Shown: in pieces, positions 37,801-44,854 of the stretch
Layout of the letters: every line of letters begins with the position of its first letter
How positions within the stretch are numbered: position 1 is the stretch's first letter
Assembly: GCA_038040175.1 (NCBI GenBank)
Contig: JBBPIT010000009.1
Span: 6,931-70,930 of the forward strand
Length of the DNA stretch: 64,000 nt
From: Pseudomonadota bacterium
Lineage (GTDB): Bacteria > Pseudomonadota > Gammaproteobacteria > Burkholderiales > JACQAP01
Reading direction: 5' to 3'
The notes under the pieces: model-generated
What the model saw: the letters and a program-made list of their open reading frames with translations, nothing else
Told to the model about the DNA's origin: nothing
The model's database searches: none
Program-made: the position numbers and the translations under genes

Positions 37801-38036
37801 ATTGGGAAAAAGCGATGGCGCACTATCTGAAGGGACTCGAAGCCGACGACCTGGTCGAGGCTTTTCATCTTGGCCTGATGCGCTGTTATCGGGCGTTAGG
37901 GCGGCCCGCGGAAGGGATAACCGCGTTTCGTCGCCTGCGTCAGACGTTGTCCGTGGTTCTCGGTATCGCGCCGTCCCCCGCCGCCGAGGCGCTCGCACAG
38001 GAGTTGCGCGAAGGCTCCGCAGTGCGGTACTCCTGA
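34830..38036 (+). CDS. MalT-like STAND ATPase with helical-repeat sensor region and C-terminal SARP module (OmpR/PhoB-type winged helix + BTAD)
   Basis: 1068 aa. The N-terminus LAKLTRPRLHAAVARERLFAKLDD...ICVVGPPGAGKTTLVASWL has a Walker A motif and resembles the MalT N-terminus. The C-terminus INTLGGFEIYRNDERLEFSGKVPKKPLMLLKALIAFGGRNVPEERLMDALWPDEE...LDITVLRLRKLL is a winged helix. It is followed by ALYRGNFLP...EPW...LMRCYRALGRPAEGITAFRRLRQTL, which is BTAD-like. Confidence 0.8.
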   Translation: MPKRVPQLAKLTRPRLHAAVARERLFAKLDDAREHRPAICVVGPPGAGKTTLVASWLDARGIRGIWYQVDPGDADLATFFYYLGQAAKPFTRKRQRLLPLLTPEYLQDVEGFSRRFFRELFARLPHGATLVLDNYQEVLPEQTFHQVVAEAIAEVPPGLAFVAISRRDPPEAYVRLIANENVQLVEWEELKLTMEETRAIASPRAGIADEEIRQLHNLCGGWAAGLTLLLEHKRKHTAGLDPRHADGVDAIFEYFAKEIFDRLPQDTQRFLVGTAFLPRVTAPVAQALTGNAGAGAILEDLYRRHLFTHRRPGDVPTYQYHALFQTFLRARARTLLSGTEERVLASHAGRLLEDNGLIDDAILLYREAGEWESAGRLIRSAAPSLLAQGRGQTLREWIGALPMERAESDPWLVYWLGASLIAVDQQKARLRLEHAFERFESNGDLVGQALAACGVIDTYYFEWSEFGSMPRWIATLERIMSSGPILESRETELHVYSSLIIAMLYAQPGHPLLPKCVERATEMLELDMDVNHRVMAATFLLSYCALACDFERGRRIVAKVEPLLGHAELSPLNQVWWRTRLGYFLWNLTDYEGAARVLDEAEEIDEAHGLVGLRSAKLLMLNYRSLAALGLEDFKTGEDCVRRKEALYNIWRRMGDWHRVWLKIQFELGRGNAKPAFEDAADAVKAANESGMVYIQILSLFAEARGHADFGSHSKVLENLQQAGVLTKDTCLEHIESEIPLTEAYSLLRRGDRERGLPCLARGLAHARQTGYSYHLRWCSTMQVLCAEALAAGIEVDYVREVVKKYRLRPPSNEVEQWPWPVRINTLGGFEIYRNDERLEFSGKVPKKPLMLLKALIAFGGRNVPEERLMDALWPDEEADAARKSLDITVLRLRKLLGSHEAIVVSEELIGLNPQLCWVDVWAFERRIAQTEAAEGEAGLSAAAAAVALYRGNFLPTDTDEPWTVKARERLRVKFVRLVETVAQSDEAAGHWEKAMAHYLKGLEADDLVEAFHLGLMRCYRALGRPAEGITAFRRLRQTLSVVLGIAPSPAAEALAQELREGSAVRYS

Positions 38037-38110
38037 CCCGCGAGGAGCCGTAATCGATAGTGCGGTCCCAAGTTCACGCCAGATTTAAAAAACAGCGTTG
38101 GTCAAACAGC

Positions 38111-38134
38111 GAAGCCCCGCGTAAGCGGGGCTTC
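38111..38134. terminator. Perfect 10-bp GC-rich stem-loop between convergent genes
   Basis: GAAGCCCCGC-gtaa-GCGGGGCTTC. There is no strong T tract on either side. Confidence 0.5.
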
Positions 38135-38170
38135 TCAATTCGAATTTCCCGACTTGGCAAAAAATGACGG

Positions 38171-38755
38171 CTAGCCGCGGGAGTGAGTCGTCAGCAAGGC
38201 TTCCAGCCGTGGAAGCGATTCGGAGTCTTCTTTGAGCTGTAGAAGTTGGCCGAGTTCCTGGCGGACATGAGCCCAATCAATCTCGCGTCTACGCCTCACT
38301 ACAATCCCTTCAACATCCAACCAATCCTGAGGGCGGCCTGCGAACACTTTGTATACCACCAGCGCTGCGGGCGAACAAAGTCTCAGCATTACTCCAGGCG
38401 TGATCTCTTGCATGGTCGCATCACGCACCGCCGACTCTTCGAAATGGAGCGCACCCAGGGCGAGGTCCACCGGGATGCGGTTCGTTGCGTACAGCAGGAG
38501 TACGCGATGTTCCAACGCAAAGGTGAGAGCATCCTCGATCCGGGACTTAAACTGCGTCAGGATCTCCTCGATAAAGTACTGCTCCCGGCCGATGCCTGTG
38601 AAGATCGTTAGATCCGCATCGCGAGTGAGTCGCGCTTCACCCCAATGCAGAACCGCGATCCCGCCTATGAAGCAAAAAGGCCAGCGGCGATGTTCGCAGA
38701 ATCCTTGAATCTCCAGCGCGGCATCTATGAGCCGGCTAGGCGGGGATGCGTTCAC
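38171..38755 (-). CDS. Nucleotidyltransferase-fold protein (AbiEii/DUF6036-like candidate toxin)
   Basis: 194 aa. FIGGIAVLHWGEARLTRDADLTI gives a GG.A...G..R.T.D.D NTase motif. The C-terminus is CSPAALVVYKVFAGRPQDWLDVEGIVVRR. Confidence 0.55.
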   Translation of the reverse strand: MNASPPSRLIDAALEIQGFCEHRRWPFCFIGGIAVLHWGEARLTRDADLTIFTGIGREQYFIEEILTQFKSRIEDALTFALEHRVLLLYATNRIPVDLALGALHFEESAVRDATMQEITPGVMLRLCSPAALVVYKVFAGRPQDWLDVEGIVVRRRREIDWAHVRQELGQLLQLKEDSESLPRLEALLTTHSRG

Positions 38756-38993
38756 GTAATTTCGAGAAGAGGCGCTGCATTTCCACTAAACCGGAATAGC
38801 GTTCTCGCCGCGGATCGTCAGACAGGGCGCTAGCCAAGTTCAAAATATCCAGCGCGACGTGGCGCGATTCCTCTTCCCGCATCGCGGCAAGTTCGGCCAG
38901 GCGAATTTCCCTGAGTACACGCCCCGTTTCTCGCCATTGCCTGATCAGACGCTTTTGGACGTTGTCATCAGCCATGCTGGTCTCTATACGCAA
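38736..38993 (-). CDS. Small helical protein, upstream partner of the NTase-fold gene (candidate antitoxin)
   Basis: 85 aa (or 79 aa from MADDNV). It overlaps the downstream gene by 20 nt. I recognise no family. Confidence 0.5.
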   Translation of the reverse strand: MRIETSMADDNVQKRLIRQWRETGRVLREIRLAELAAMREEESRHVALDILNLASALSDDPRRERYSGLVEMQRLFSKLRERIPA

Positions 38994-39302
38994 ACTGTTG
39001 AGGTCAGGATGTCATTGTAAAGCCAACTGATCGTGTCCGCGGCAACACTCGGGGGGCGTGAAGGACACTTACCTGACTCGGACCAGCGAAAGGTGTCGGA
39101 AGCGCGGATTTATGCAGGTGGAAAGAACAGTTGGCCCGCGAGTTGCGAATAGATTCCGCAGTGCGCCATTCCTGACCGCGGGTTGGGTTGCCGCAGTCGT
39201 CTGGTTTGGCTCGTTCCCGATTTGTAGGTCATCTGTGGCAGTCGGCCTCGTAAAGTAGCTCGCACGGGCAACAATTTCCGCCCGGCCAGAGGAGGACAAA
39301 CC

Positions 39303-39806
39303 ATGAAGCAGGCATCAATTTATATGGCGATTGCGCTGACCGCCGCACTCGGGACGGCCGGTTTTCAGCCAGCCGAAGCGGGCGAAAGGGGCAAGTTCCA
39401 GGGGCATGCCGTCCTGGTGGTAACCAAATTCAACGAGTTCAAGGCGCCCGAAGGCCATCCGTACAAGGCTGCGATTTCCGGGGAGTTGGACGGAGTGATC
39501 TTTCACAACGGTGGCGGAACCAAGCTCGACAGGATGCTTGACCGCGCGCACTACATCGTTCAGTTCGTCGGCGATGCGGGGACCGGTACGAGCTACTGCA
39601 TGAAAACCTTCACCACATCCGAGGGACACAAGCTGTTCGCGCGCTGTGATGGGAAAAACAACGACAAGGGCGCTACCGGCACCGTCACTATTCTCGGTGG
39701 GACCGGGCCGTTCACGGGGATAAAGGGCAAAGGGAAGTTCAACTTTGTCGGCGTAACGGACCGGGTGTCCTGGGACGACATCGAGTGGGACTGGGAAACG
39801 CCGTAA
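39303..39806 (+). CDS. Secreted hypothetical protein with GGTGxFxGxxG motif
   Basis: 167 aa. Signal MKQASIYMAIALTAALGTAGFQPAEA and the motif TVTILGGTGPFTGIKGKG. Confidence 0.6.
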   Translation: MKQASIYMAIALTAALGTAGFQPAEAGERGKFQGHAVLVVTKFNEFKAPEGHPYKAAISGELDGVIFHNGGGTKLDRMLDRAHYIVQFVGDAGTGTSYCMKTFTTSEGHKLFARCDGKNNDKGATGTVTILGGTGPFTGIKGKGKFNFVGVTDRVSWDDIEWDWETP

Positions 39807-39981
39807 AGACCGTGACGGACGTGACGGCGTAACGTCGTGACGCAGCCATGATGCGGTGCAGCGGCGGATGGATCTCCGTCATCCGCCACGAGCCACAGGC
39901 TTGCTGAATCCGTATGCGATCCGTAACCGGCGCGGGGGTATCTTGGGCTCGAATGCGGCGGCTGGCGGGAAAGGCCAGACC

Positions 39982-40176
39982 TTGGACAGCTACATCATTC
40001 GGATCTACCGGCGCGGTGTGGAGCGCGGCCGGGAATTGGCCGGCCTTGTTGAGCGTATCGGCAATGGCAAACGCCAGGCTTTCGGCAACAGCGAAGAGCT
40101 TTGGGCGTTCTTGACGGACCGCCAGCCGTCCCGGAGGAGCGGTGTAAGGGGCAAGCAGAGCAAGACACAACGGTAG
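39982..40176 (+). CDS. Small hypothetical protein (TTG start)
   Basis: This is the in-frame tail of ORF 39856..40176: (M)DSYIIRIYRRGVERGRELAGLVERIGNGKRQAFGNSEELWAFL.... I recall the pattern YIIRIYRR...LxGxVE...xxAFxxxEELWxxL from small proteins in other genomes. It is followed by a strong terminator. Confidence 0.4.
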   Translation: MDSYIIRIYRRGVERGRELAGLVERIGNGKRQAFGNSEELWAFLTDRQPSRRSGVRGKQSKTQR

Positions 40177-40216
40177 ATTTGTCTCTCCCAAGCAATTGTT
40201 GCCTCTTTCGTGAGGG

Positions 40217-40248
40217 AGCCGGGGTTCCGGGACCCCGGCTGCTTTTTT
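40217..40248 (+). terminator. Rho-independent terminator
   Basis: AGCCGGGG-ttccggga-CCCCGGCT followed by GCTTTTTTGG. Confidence 0.75.
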
Positions 40249-40549
40249 GGGGGTACCGCTGGCCCATGAGCCCGAAGGGCATCTCGGCGCTCTACGGGCT
40301 ACTGGATTTATCGGAATGACAATTTCATACTATAAGAAGAAAACCTGACCGGGAGCACATAGATGCCGCCGGCATCCCGTCTGCAGCAAATCCAAAAGGG
40401 GTGAGCGCTCTTGGAGCGTGGCCCCCGAAAATATTTTTGCCGCCATCACTCAATAGTGGCGGACTTCCTCGGGCGCCTTCTAGCCCGAATTCAAACCGAT
40501 AAATCCGGACGCTCGCCGAGCGTTCTTAGCTATTTGGGAGGAACAGGTC

Positions 40550-41257
40550 ATGCAACCGTCAATCCGCCGGTTTGTACCGGCCTTTCTCGCATTCCTAACA
40601 ATGTGTGCTGCGGTTGGCGTTCAGGTCCGGGACGCCAGTGCCGCCGATCCGCTGCAGGCAGATCCTACTCATCACAAGCTCGAGTTCGAGAATCCGCATT
40701 TCCGGATCGACCGAGGATTCTTCGGGCCGGGCGAAAGCGCGGCCGATTTCTTCGACGCTGAAGGCGTCGTGATCGTTGCACTGACGCCGATGCGCATAAG
40801 ACTGCACCTGCCCGACGGAAAATCTGTCGATCCACCACCGCACCCCGCAGGCGCCGCCTTCTGGGCGCCCCCGGGCAAAATTCGCCCAGAGAATCTATTG
40901 GATCAACGGATCGAGTTCGTGATCGTCATACCAAGAGGCGCTAACGGAGCATCAAAGCAGATGGGCGCCGACGCTCTCGCGGTTGACCCGGAACACTGGA
41001 AAGTCGAAGTCGATAACGAAGCGGTTCGGGCTTTGCGCTATCGAGGCGATCCGCGCGTGAAGGGAGTGCTGCACGGACACGCCGCGCATGTCGTGGTTTT
41101 TCTCACCAGCGCCAAAACGCTGATCGACCAGCCCGGTGGCAAGACGTCCATCTCCGTGCGAAAAAGGGGAGACGCAATCAGCGTGCCGGCCGGCGAGCAC
41201 GCGCCGGAGAACCTGCTCGACGAACCGGTGGAGGTGATCCTCGTCGAGCGAAAGTAG
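40550..41257 (+). CDS. Secreted protein with two tandem cupin-like repeats
   Basis: 235 aa. Signal ...LTMCAAVGVQVRDASA. Repeat 1 is DPTHHKLEFENPHFRI...GKIRPENLLDQRIEFVIVIPR. Repeat 2 is DPEHWKVEVDNEAVRA...VLHGHAAHVVVFL...GEHAPENLLDEPVEVILVERK. Confidence 0.6.
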   Translation: MQPSIRRFVPAFLAFLTMCAAVGVQVRDASAADPLQADPTHHKLEFENPHFRIDRGFFGPGESAADFFDAEGVVIVALTPMRIRLHLPDGKSVDPPPHPAGAAFWAPPGKIRPENLLDQRIEFVIVIPRGANGASKQMGADALAVDPEHWKVEVDNEAVRALRYRGDPRVKGVLHGHAAHVVVFLTSAKTLIDQPGGKTSISVRKRGDAISVPAGEHAPENLLDEPVEVILVERK

Positions 41258-41292
41258 TGAGACGGTGAGACGTGAAGAGTGAAGGGTGAATA
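41257..41292. repeat. Single-armed heptamer array (GTGAGAC GGTGAGAC GTGAAGA GTGAAGG GTGAATA)
   Basis: It starts at the last base of the TAG stop of the cupin-like gene and ends 26 nt before the next start. Confidence 0.85.
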
Positions 41293-41318
41293 GCTAAACG
41301 AAGAACGAGGAGAGACCC

Positions 41319-41879
41319 ATGAGTGCGAGAAAGCTTCTGAAAGCGTTCCGGCTAACTGCAGTAGCGTTCGTGGCTGCGCTGCTTGTCGTAGACGTTGCAT
41401 GGGCGCAGCAGCGTTATTCGATCGAATCCGCGGGCGAGGGGCAGACCAGCAGCAAATACACTCAACAACTCGCAATAGACGTCGGTGACGTATCCGGACA
41501 TCAGGTGCGCGTGCTGGAGATCGTGCGCACCTATTCCGAAGCAACGAAGCTCCGGATCATGGGTACGCGCGTAAAGGAGAGCTCGCTACGTGGACTGACC
41601 GACTACGTGAACGGCAGCGGCCCGGCGCGCGGATACTCAGTGTGGATTCTCAATGACGATGAGAAGATTTTTCTCGCGTGGGACTCCATCAGCCAATCGG
41701 AACCCACGGCAACTGGATCCAGAAAGGGGTCGAGTGAGGCTGTTACCCGCATCACCGGCGGCACAGGGAAGTACAAGGGCATCCGCGGGCTGATGCGCGA
41801 CACCGTTCAGTTCGACACCGATCCCGCAAGTGGCTACAGCCGCAGCACGACCAAAGGCGAGTACTGGTTCCAAGAATGA
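41319..41879 (+). CDS. Secreted hypothetical protein with GGTGxYxGxxG motif
   Basis: 186 aa. The SD gaggag lies upstream. Signal ...AALLVVDVAWA and the motif VTRITGGTGKYKGIRG. Confidence 0.6.
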   Translation: MSARKLLKAFRLTAVAFVAALLVVDVAWAQQRYSIESAGEGQTSSKYTQQLAIDVGDVSGHQVRVLEIVRTYSEATKLRIMGTRVKESSLRGLTDYVNGSGPARGYSVWILNDDEKIFLAWDSISQSEPTATGSRKGSSEAVTRITGGTGKYKGIRGLMRDTVQFDTDPASGYSRSTTKGEYWFQE

Positions 41880-42037
41880 ATGGCGTCGAGCGCCCTGCTA
41901 GGCGGGGAGAACCCGCTCGCCTCCCCGGCTCGCGCTCGTTCCCCCACCGCAATCGATGAAACCATCTTCCGCTTCTTCCTTTCAGACATTGGGTACCTAC
42001 CTTTCGACAGTAATTTTACGAAGGTAGGTGTCTCACG

Positions 42038-42130
42038 TTACATTGGCACAAACGGGGTTCTCGTTTTGCCCGACGTTGTTTCACGCACGTAGAGCTTCAC
42101 CAGAGCCGACGTATCCAGGTAGAGGATCAA
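42038..42130 (-). pseudogene. Truncated vapC (PIN-domain toxin) remnant, about 30 codons
   Basis: A TTG overlaps the antitoxin stop (TTGA). It reads (M)ILYLDTSALVKLYVRETTSGKTRTPFVPM*, which is the conserved PIN N-terminal strand/helix and nothing beyond it. Confidence 0.6.
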
Positions 42131-42390
42131 CGGCGATCCTCGGATACCCAGTCGGCGAGCGAAACCCCTTTGGGCATGACTTCGCCTTTCCGAAGTCCGC
42201 TGGGTTTACCGCCATTCCAGAGGATGCCGGGTGTGTTTGCGAGTTCCTTCAGTGAAGGCTTCCGTTTGATTGGGATGATTTTTGCCACCGGGCGGTTATG
42301 AATGCTGACCGTTATGGTTTCGCCGGCCTCGACTTGGCGAATGTACTGACTCAAGTTGGCTTTCAGATCGCGAATGCTGGTGTCCATCAA
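42127..42390 (-). CDS. Phd/YefM-family antitoxin
   Basis: 87 aa, MMDTSIRDLKANLSQYIRQVEAGETITVSIHNRPVAKIIP. Confidence 0.8.
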   Translation of the reverse strand: MMDTSIRDLKANLSQYIRQVEAGETITVSIHNRPVAKIIPIKRKPSLKELANTPGILWNGGKPSGLRKGEVMPKGVSLADWVSEDRR

Positions 42391-42459
42391 TGTGTCCCTA
42401 TTTCGAATTTGTAGTCACATTCTAAAGCAAGCCTGGCGGTCCTGGGGAAAGAGGCCGGT

Positions 42460-42759
42460 TTACAACGCTTTCCACAGCAGGGACAGTCCGCTGACCAAAA
42501 GCAGGACGCTGAAGAATCCGCCGAACAGTCCGGTGGGAATTCCCCACCAGCGCGAAACGCTCTTGGTCGAGGCCTTTGCGATCAGCCGGTACACGCCGTA
42601 GCCGGTCACGAATGCGCCGAGCAGGATCACCGTCGCCTCCTTCGGCAGCGTGGCCAGCAGCGTCACGCCGGCCAGGATGCCAGCGATCAGCGGCGTGGCA
42701 ATCAGGGTTTCGAGCGGGAAAGGCATGTCGTTACTATCCGCGAGAGAAGAATTGGCCAT
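42460..42759 (-). CDS. TauE/SafE (TSUP)-like membrane protein fragment
   Basis: 99 aa with about 3 TM segments, resembling only the C-terminal part of TSUP permeases of roughly 250 aa. It is probably a remnant. Confidence 0.35.
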   Translation of the reverse strand: MANSSLADSNDMPFPLETLIATPLIAGILAGVTLLATLPKEATVILLGAFVTGYGVYRLIAKASTKSVSRWWGIPTGLFGGFFSVLLLVSGLSLLWKAL

Positions 42760-42820
42760 TCGCTACGAATGCCACCATTCCGGAGCAATTGAAGAGAGAA
42801 TGGTTTGCGCCGGCTCAGGT

Positions 42821-43438
42821 CTATTTGGGTTTCGGCCGGCGAGGCGTGGGGCGGCGGCGCGCTGCATCCTCGGCTATGCGGCAGGCGATTTCGATCGAAT
42901 TGCGAAGCCGAGTTAGATCGCCGATGTAACCTCCCGTAGCCTCTTCGGATCGTTTGCGGAGTTCCGCCGGATCGACGAGGCCGCGGCGCACCAGAAGCAC
43001 AATATCGTCGCGATCCACTTGCGACAGCCTTCCAACCTTGGACACCGCGAGATCGAGCGGCGACAGCAGACGGACTTCGATTACACGAGGATTGATGCCT
43101 TCGAGGGATACCGCCACGGAGTCTTCGTGGGCTTGGTCGTGCAGCAGACCCAGGGTATCGTTGTACTGCCGGTCGAAATACAGCAGTCGGGCGGCGCCGT
43201 CCGCATCGCGATAGGCCACTTCGAGATCTTCCGGGAGGGCAATACGCCTGGAGAATACGGCATCGATGTCTTCGGAAACGCGTTCTCCCGTGTACAAGTG
43301 CATGGCCGCGCCGCCTGCTACGTACATGCGCACGGGTTGGCTCCGGCGCGGGACACCGGACAAGGCACGCGCAATCCGGAAAATGATCTCCTGGAACGCC
43401 GCCACGTACTCCTTGCTGGCTGTGGGGTCAGGCTGCAT
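42821..43438 (-). CDS. Nucleotidyltransferase-fold protein (AbiEii/DUF6036-like candidate toxin)
   Basis: 205 aa. VRMYVAGGAAMHLYTGERVSEDIDAVF is the NTase motif. The C-terminus is LSPLDLAVSKVGRLSQVDRDDIVLLVRRG. Confidence 0.55.
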   Translation of the reverse strand: MQPDPTASKEYVAAFQEIIFRIARALSGVPRRSQPVRMYVAGGAAMHLYTGERVSEDIDAVFSRRIALPEDLEVAYRDADGAARLLYFDRQYNDTLGLLHDQAHEDSVAVSLEGINPRVIEVRLLSPLDLAVSKVGRLSQVDRDDIVLLVRRGLVDPAELRKRSEEATGGYIGDLTRLRNSIEIACRIAEDAARRRPTPRRPKPK

Positions 43439-43964
43439 GCCGCACTTTCGCCTTCAACATCGGCAGAAATCGGGATGGCCGAACCGGGCTGCGGGCCAGC
43501 CAGGCACGCAATACTTCCGGCTGCGAAATGCCCGGGTGCAGCTTTTCGGCCAATGCGAGCAGCGATTCCCTTGGCGCTCCGCGAACGCTCGCCACCATCA
43601 CCGCGATGCCAGCAATGAAGAACGGTGGTCCCAACGCACGCCACGCGTCCGGACCGAATGTCCCGGAGTCGCACAAGGCGAGCAGGCGGGCTTCATAATC
43701 GCGATCGATGCGATCCGGGAAATGTTCATCGGCGGTCGCTGCCACAGGCGAGCCTTCGAGCACCACAAGCCTTGCGCCGGCGGCCGCACCAAGGGCGGTC
43801 AACGTTCTCAGATCGCAACCGGCGCGGCCACGAAGTCGCGACAGCGTTTCCTTCGGCAAGCCCGCAGCGGCGGCCCATTGCGAATCATTCATGCCGCGCC
43901 GGCGCGCGGCGCGGGTAAGCGCCTCGACGATTCGAGCCAGTTCCGTCGTTGATTCTTTCATCAA
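43428..43964 (-). CDS. HTH-containing partner protein (candidate antitoxin/regulator)
   Basis: 178 aa. GMNDSQWAAAAGLPKETLSRLRGR is XRE-like HTH. It overlaps the downstream NTase-fold gene by 11 nt. Confidence 0.5.
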   Translation of the reverse strand: MMKESTTELARIVEALTRAARRRGMNDSQWAAAAGLPKETLSRLRGRAGCDLRTLTALGAAAGARLVVLEGSPVAATADEHFPDRIDRDYEARLLALCDSGTFGPDAWRALGPPFFIAGIAVMVASVRGAPRESLLALAEKLHPGISQPEVLRAWLARSPVRPSRFLPMLKAKVRHAA

Positions 43965-44215
43965 CTACCATATTGCCGGGAGTTGACGTACAAATCAACA
44001 CGCTAATACCCTTGCTGGCGTCGGCTGGCGCGCCGATTCGCGGGTTTGCAATCACCGTTTCGTGGAGAAATGGCGTGAGGTGCTTTTGCCAAGGCAGGCG
44101 CTCCGCCACCTATAATGCGGCGATAGCCCGGCAAAATGGAGAAGATGGTGTCACCGCAGCAACGCGCCGTGATCGTCGGCAGTGGAATCATTGGGGCCGG
44201 ACGAAAGCAACTAGC

Positions 44216-44854
44216 GTGAATGCCGGTGCTTCCGCTCGCGTAGTGCTGGTGCATGGCCTATGGCTGAGCGGCGCAGCGATGCTGCCACTCGGTTGGCGAC
44301 TTTCGCGTTGCGGATTCAACGTGGTGCGCTTTTCCTATGCGTCCGTCCGGGATAGCCTCGAGCACAATGCCGATCGACTGGCGCGTTTTTGCCGGGAGCA
44401 AGGGACGGAGCCACTCCACCTTGTCGGCCACAGCCTGGGCGGGTTGCTGATTCTTGCGGCTCTGGAAAGAAACGTGGATTTGAAGGTGCGGCGGGCCGTG
44501 TTGATCGGCAGTCCTTACGCGGGCACCACCGCGGCCATCGGCCTGGCGCGATCCGACGTCGGCAAAAAGATGTTGGGCCGGACATTGAACGACTGGATGC
44601 GAATGCCGAGACCATCCATTCCGAACGGCGTGGAGTTGGGCGCGATCGCGGGGAATGTGCCGTTTGGGCTGGGCCGACTGGTGGCCCGCCTGCCGAAGCC
44701 GAACGATGGCGTGACGCGTGTGGACGAAACGCGCGTGCCCGGCGCGAAGGATTCGATCGTGCTGCGTATCAACCACACCGGGATGCTGGTCTCGCCAGCG
44801 GTGGCGCGTGCCGCCTGTGCTTTCCTGCGCAACGGCAGCTTCGGGCATGCGTAG
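44216..44854 (+). CDS. Alpha/beta hydrolase (small lipase/esterase-like)
   Basis: GTG start inside ORF 43949..44854. VVLVHGLWLSG...LHLVGHSLGGLL is a GxSxG nucleophile elbow. Confidence 0.7.
   Translation: MNAGASARVVLVHGLWLSGAAMLPLGWRLSRCGFNVVRFSYASVRDSLEHNADRLARFCREQGTEPLHLVGHSLGGLLILAALERNVDLKVRRAVLIGSPYAGTTAAIGLARSDVGKKMLGRTLNDWMRMPRPSIPNGVELGAIAGNVPFGLGRLVARLPKPNDGVTRVDETRVPGAKDSIVLRINHTGMLVSPAVARAACAFLRNGSFGHA

Noticed and set aside
39856-40176. The full 106-aa ORF as annotated by the track.
   Set aside because: The N-terminal 42 codons are low-complexity and Arg/Gly-rich and overlap the 3' flank of the upstream gene. Only the C-terminal 64 codons, from an in-frame TTG, look protein-like.
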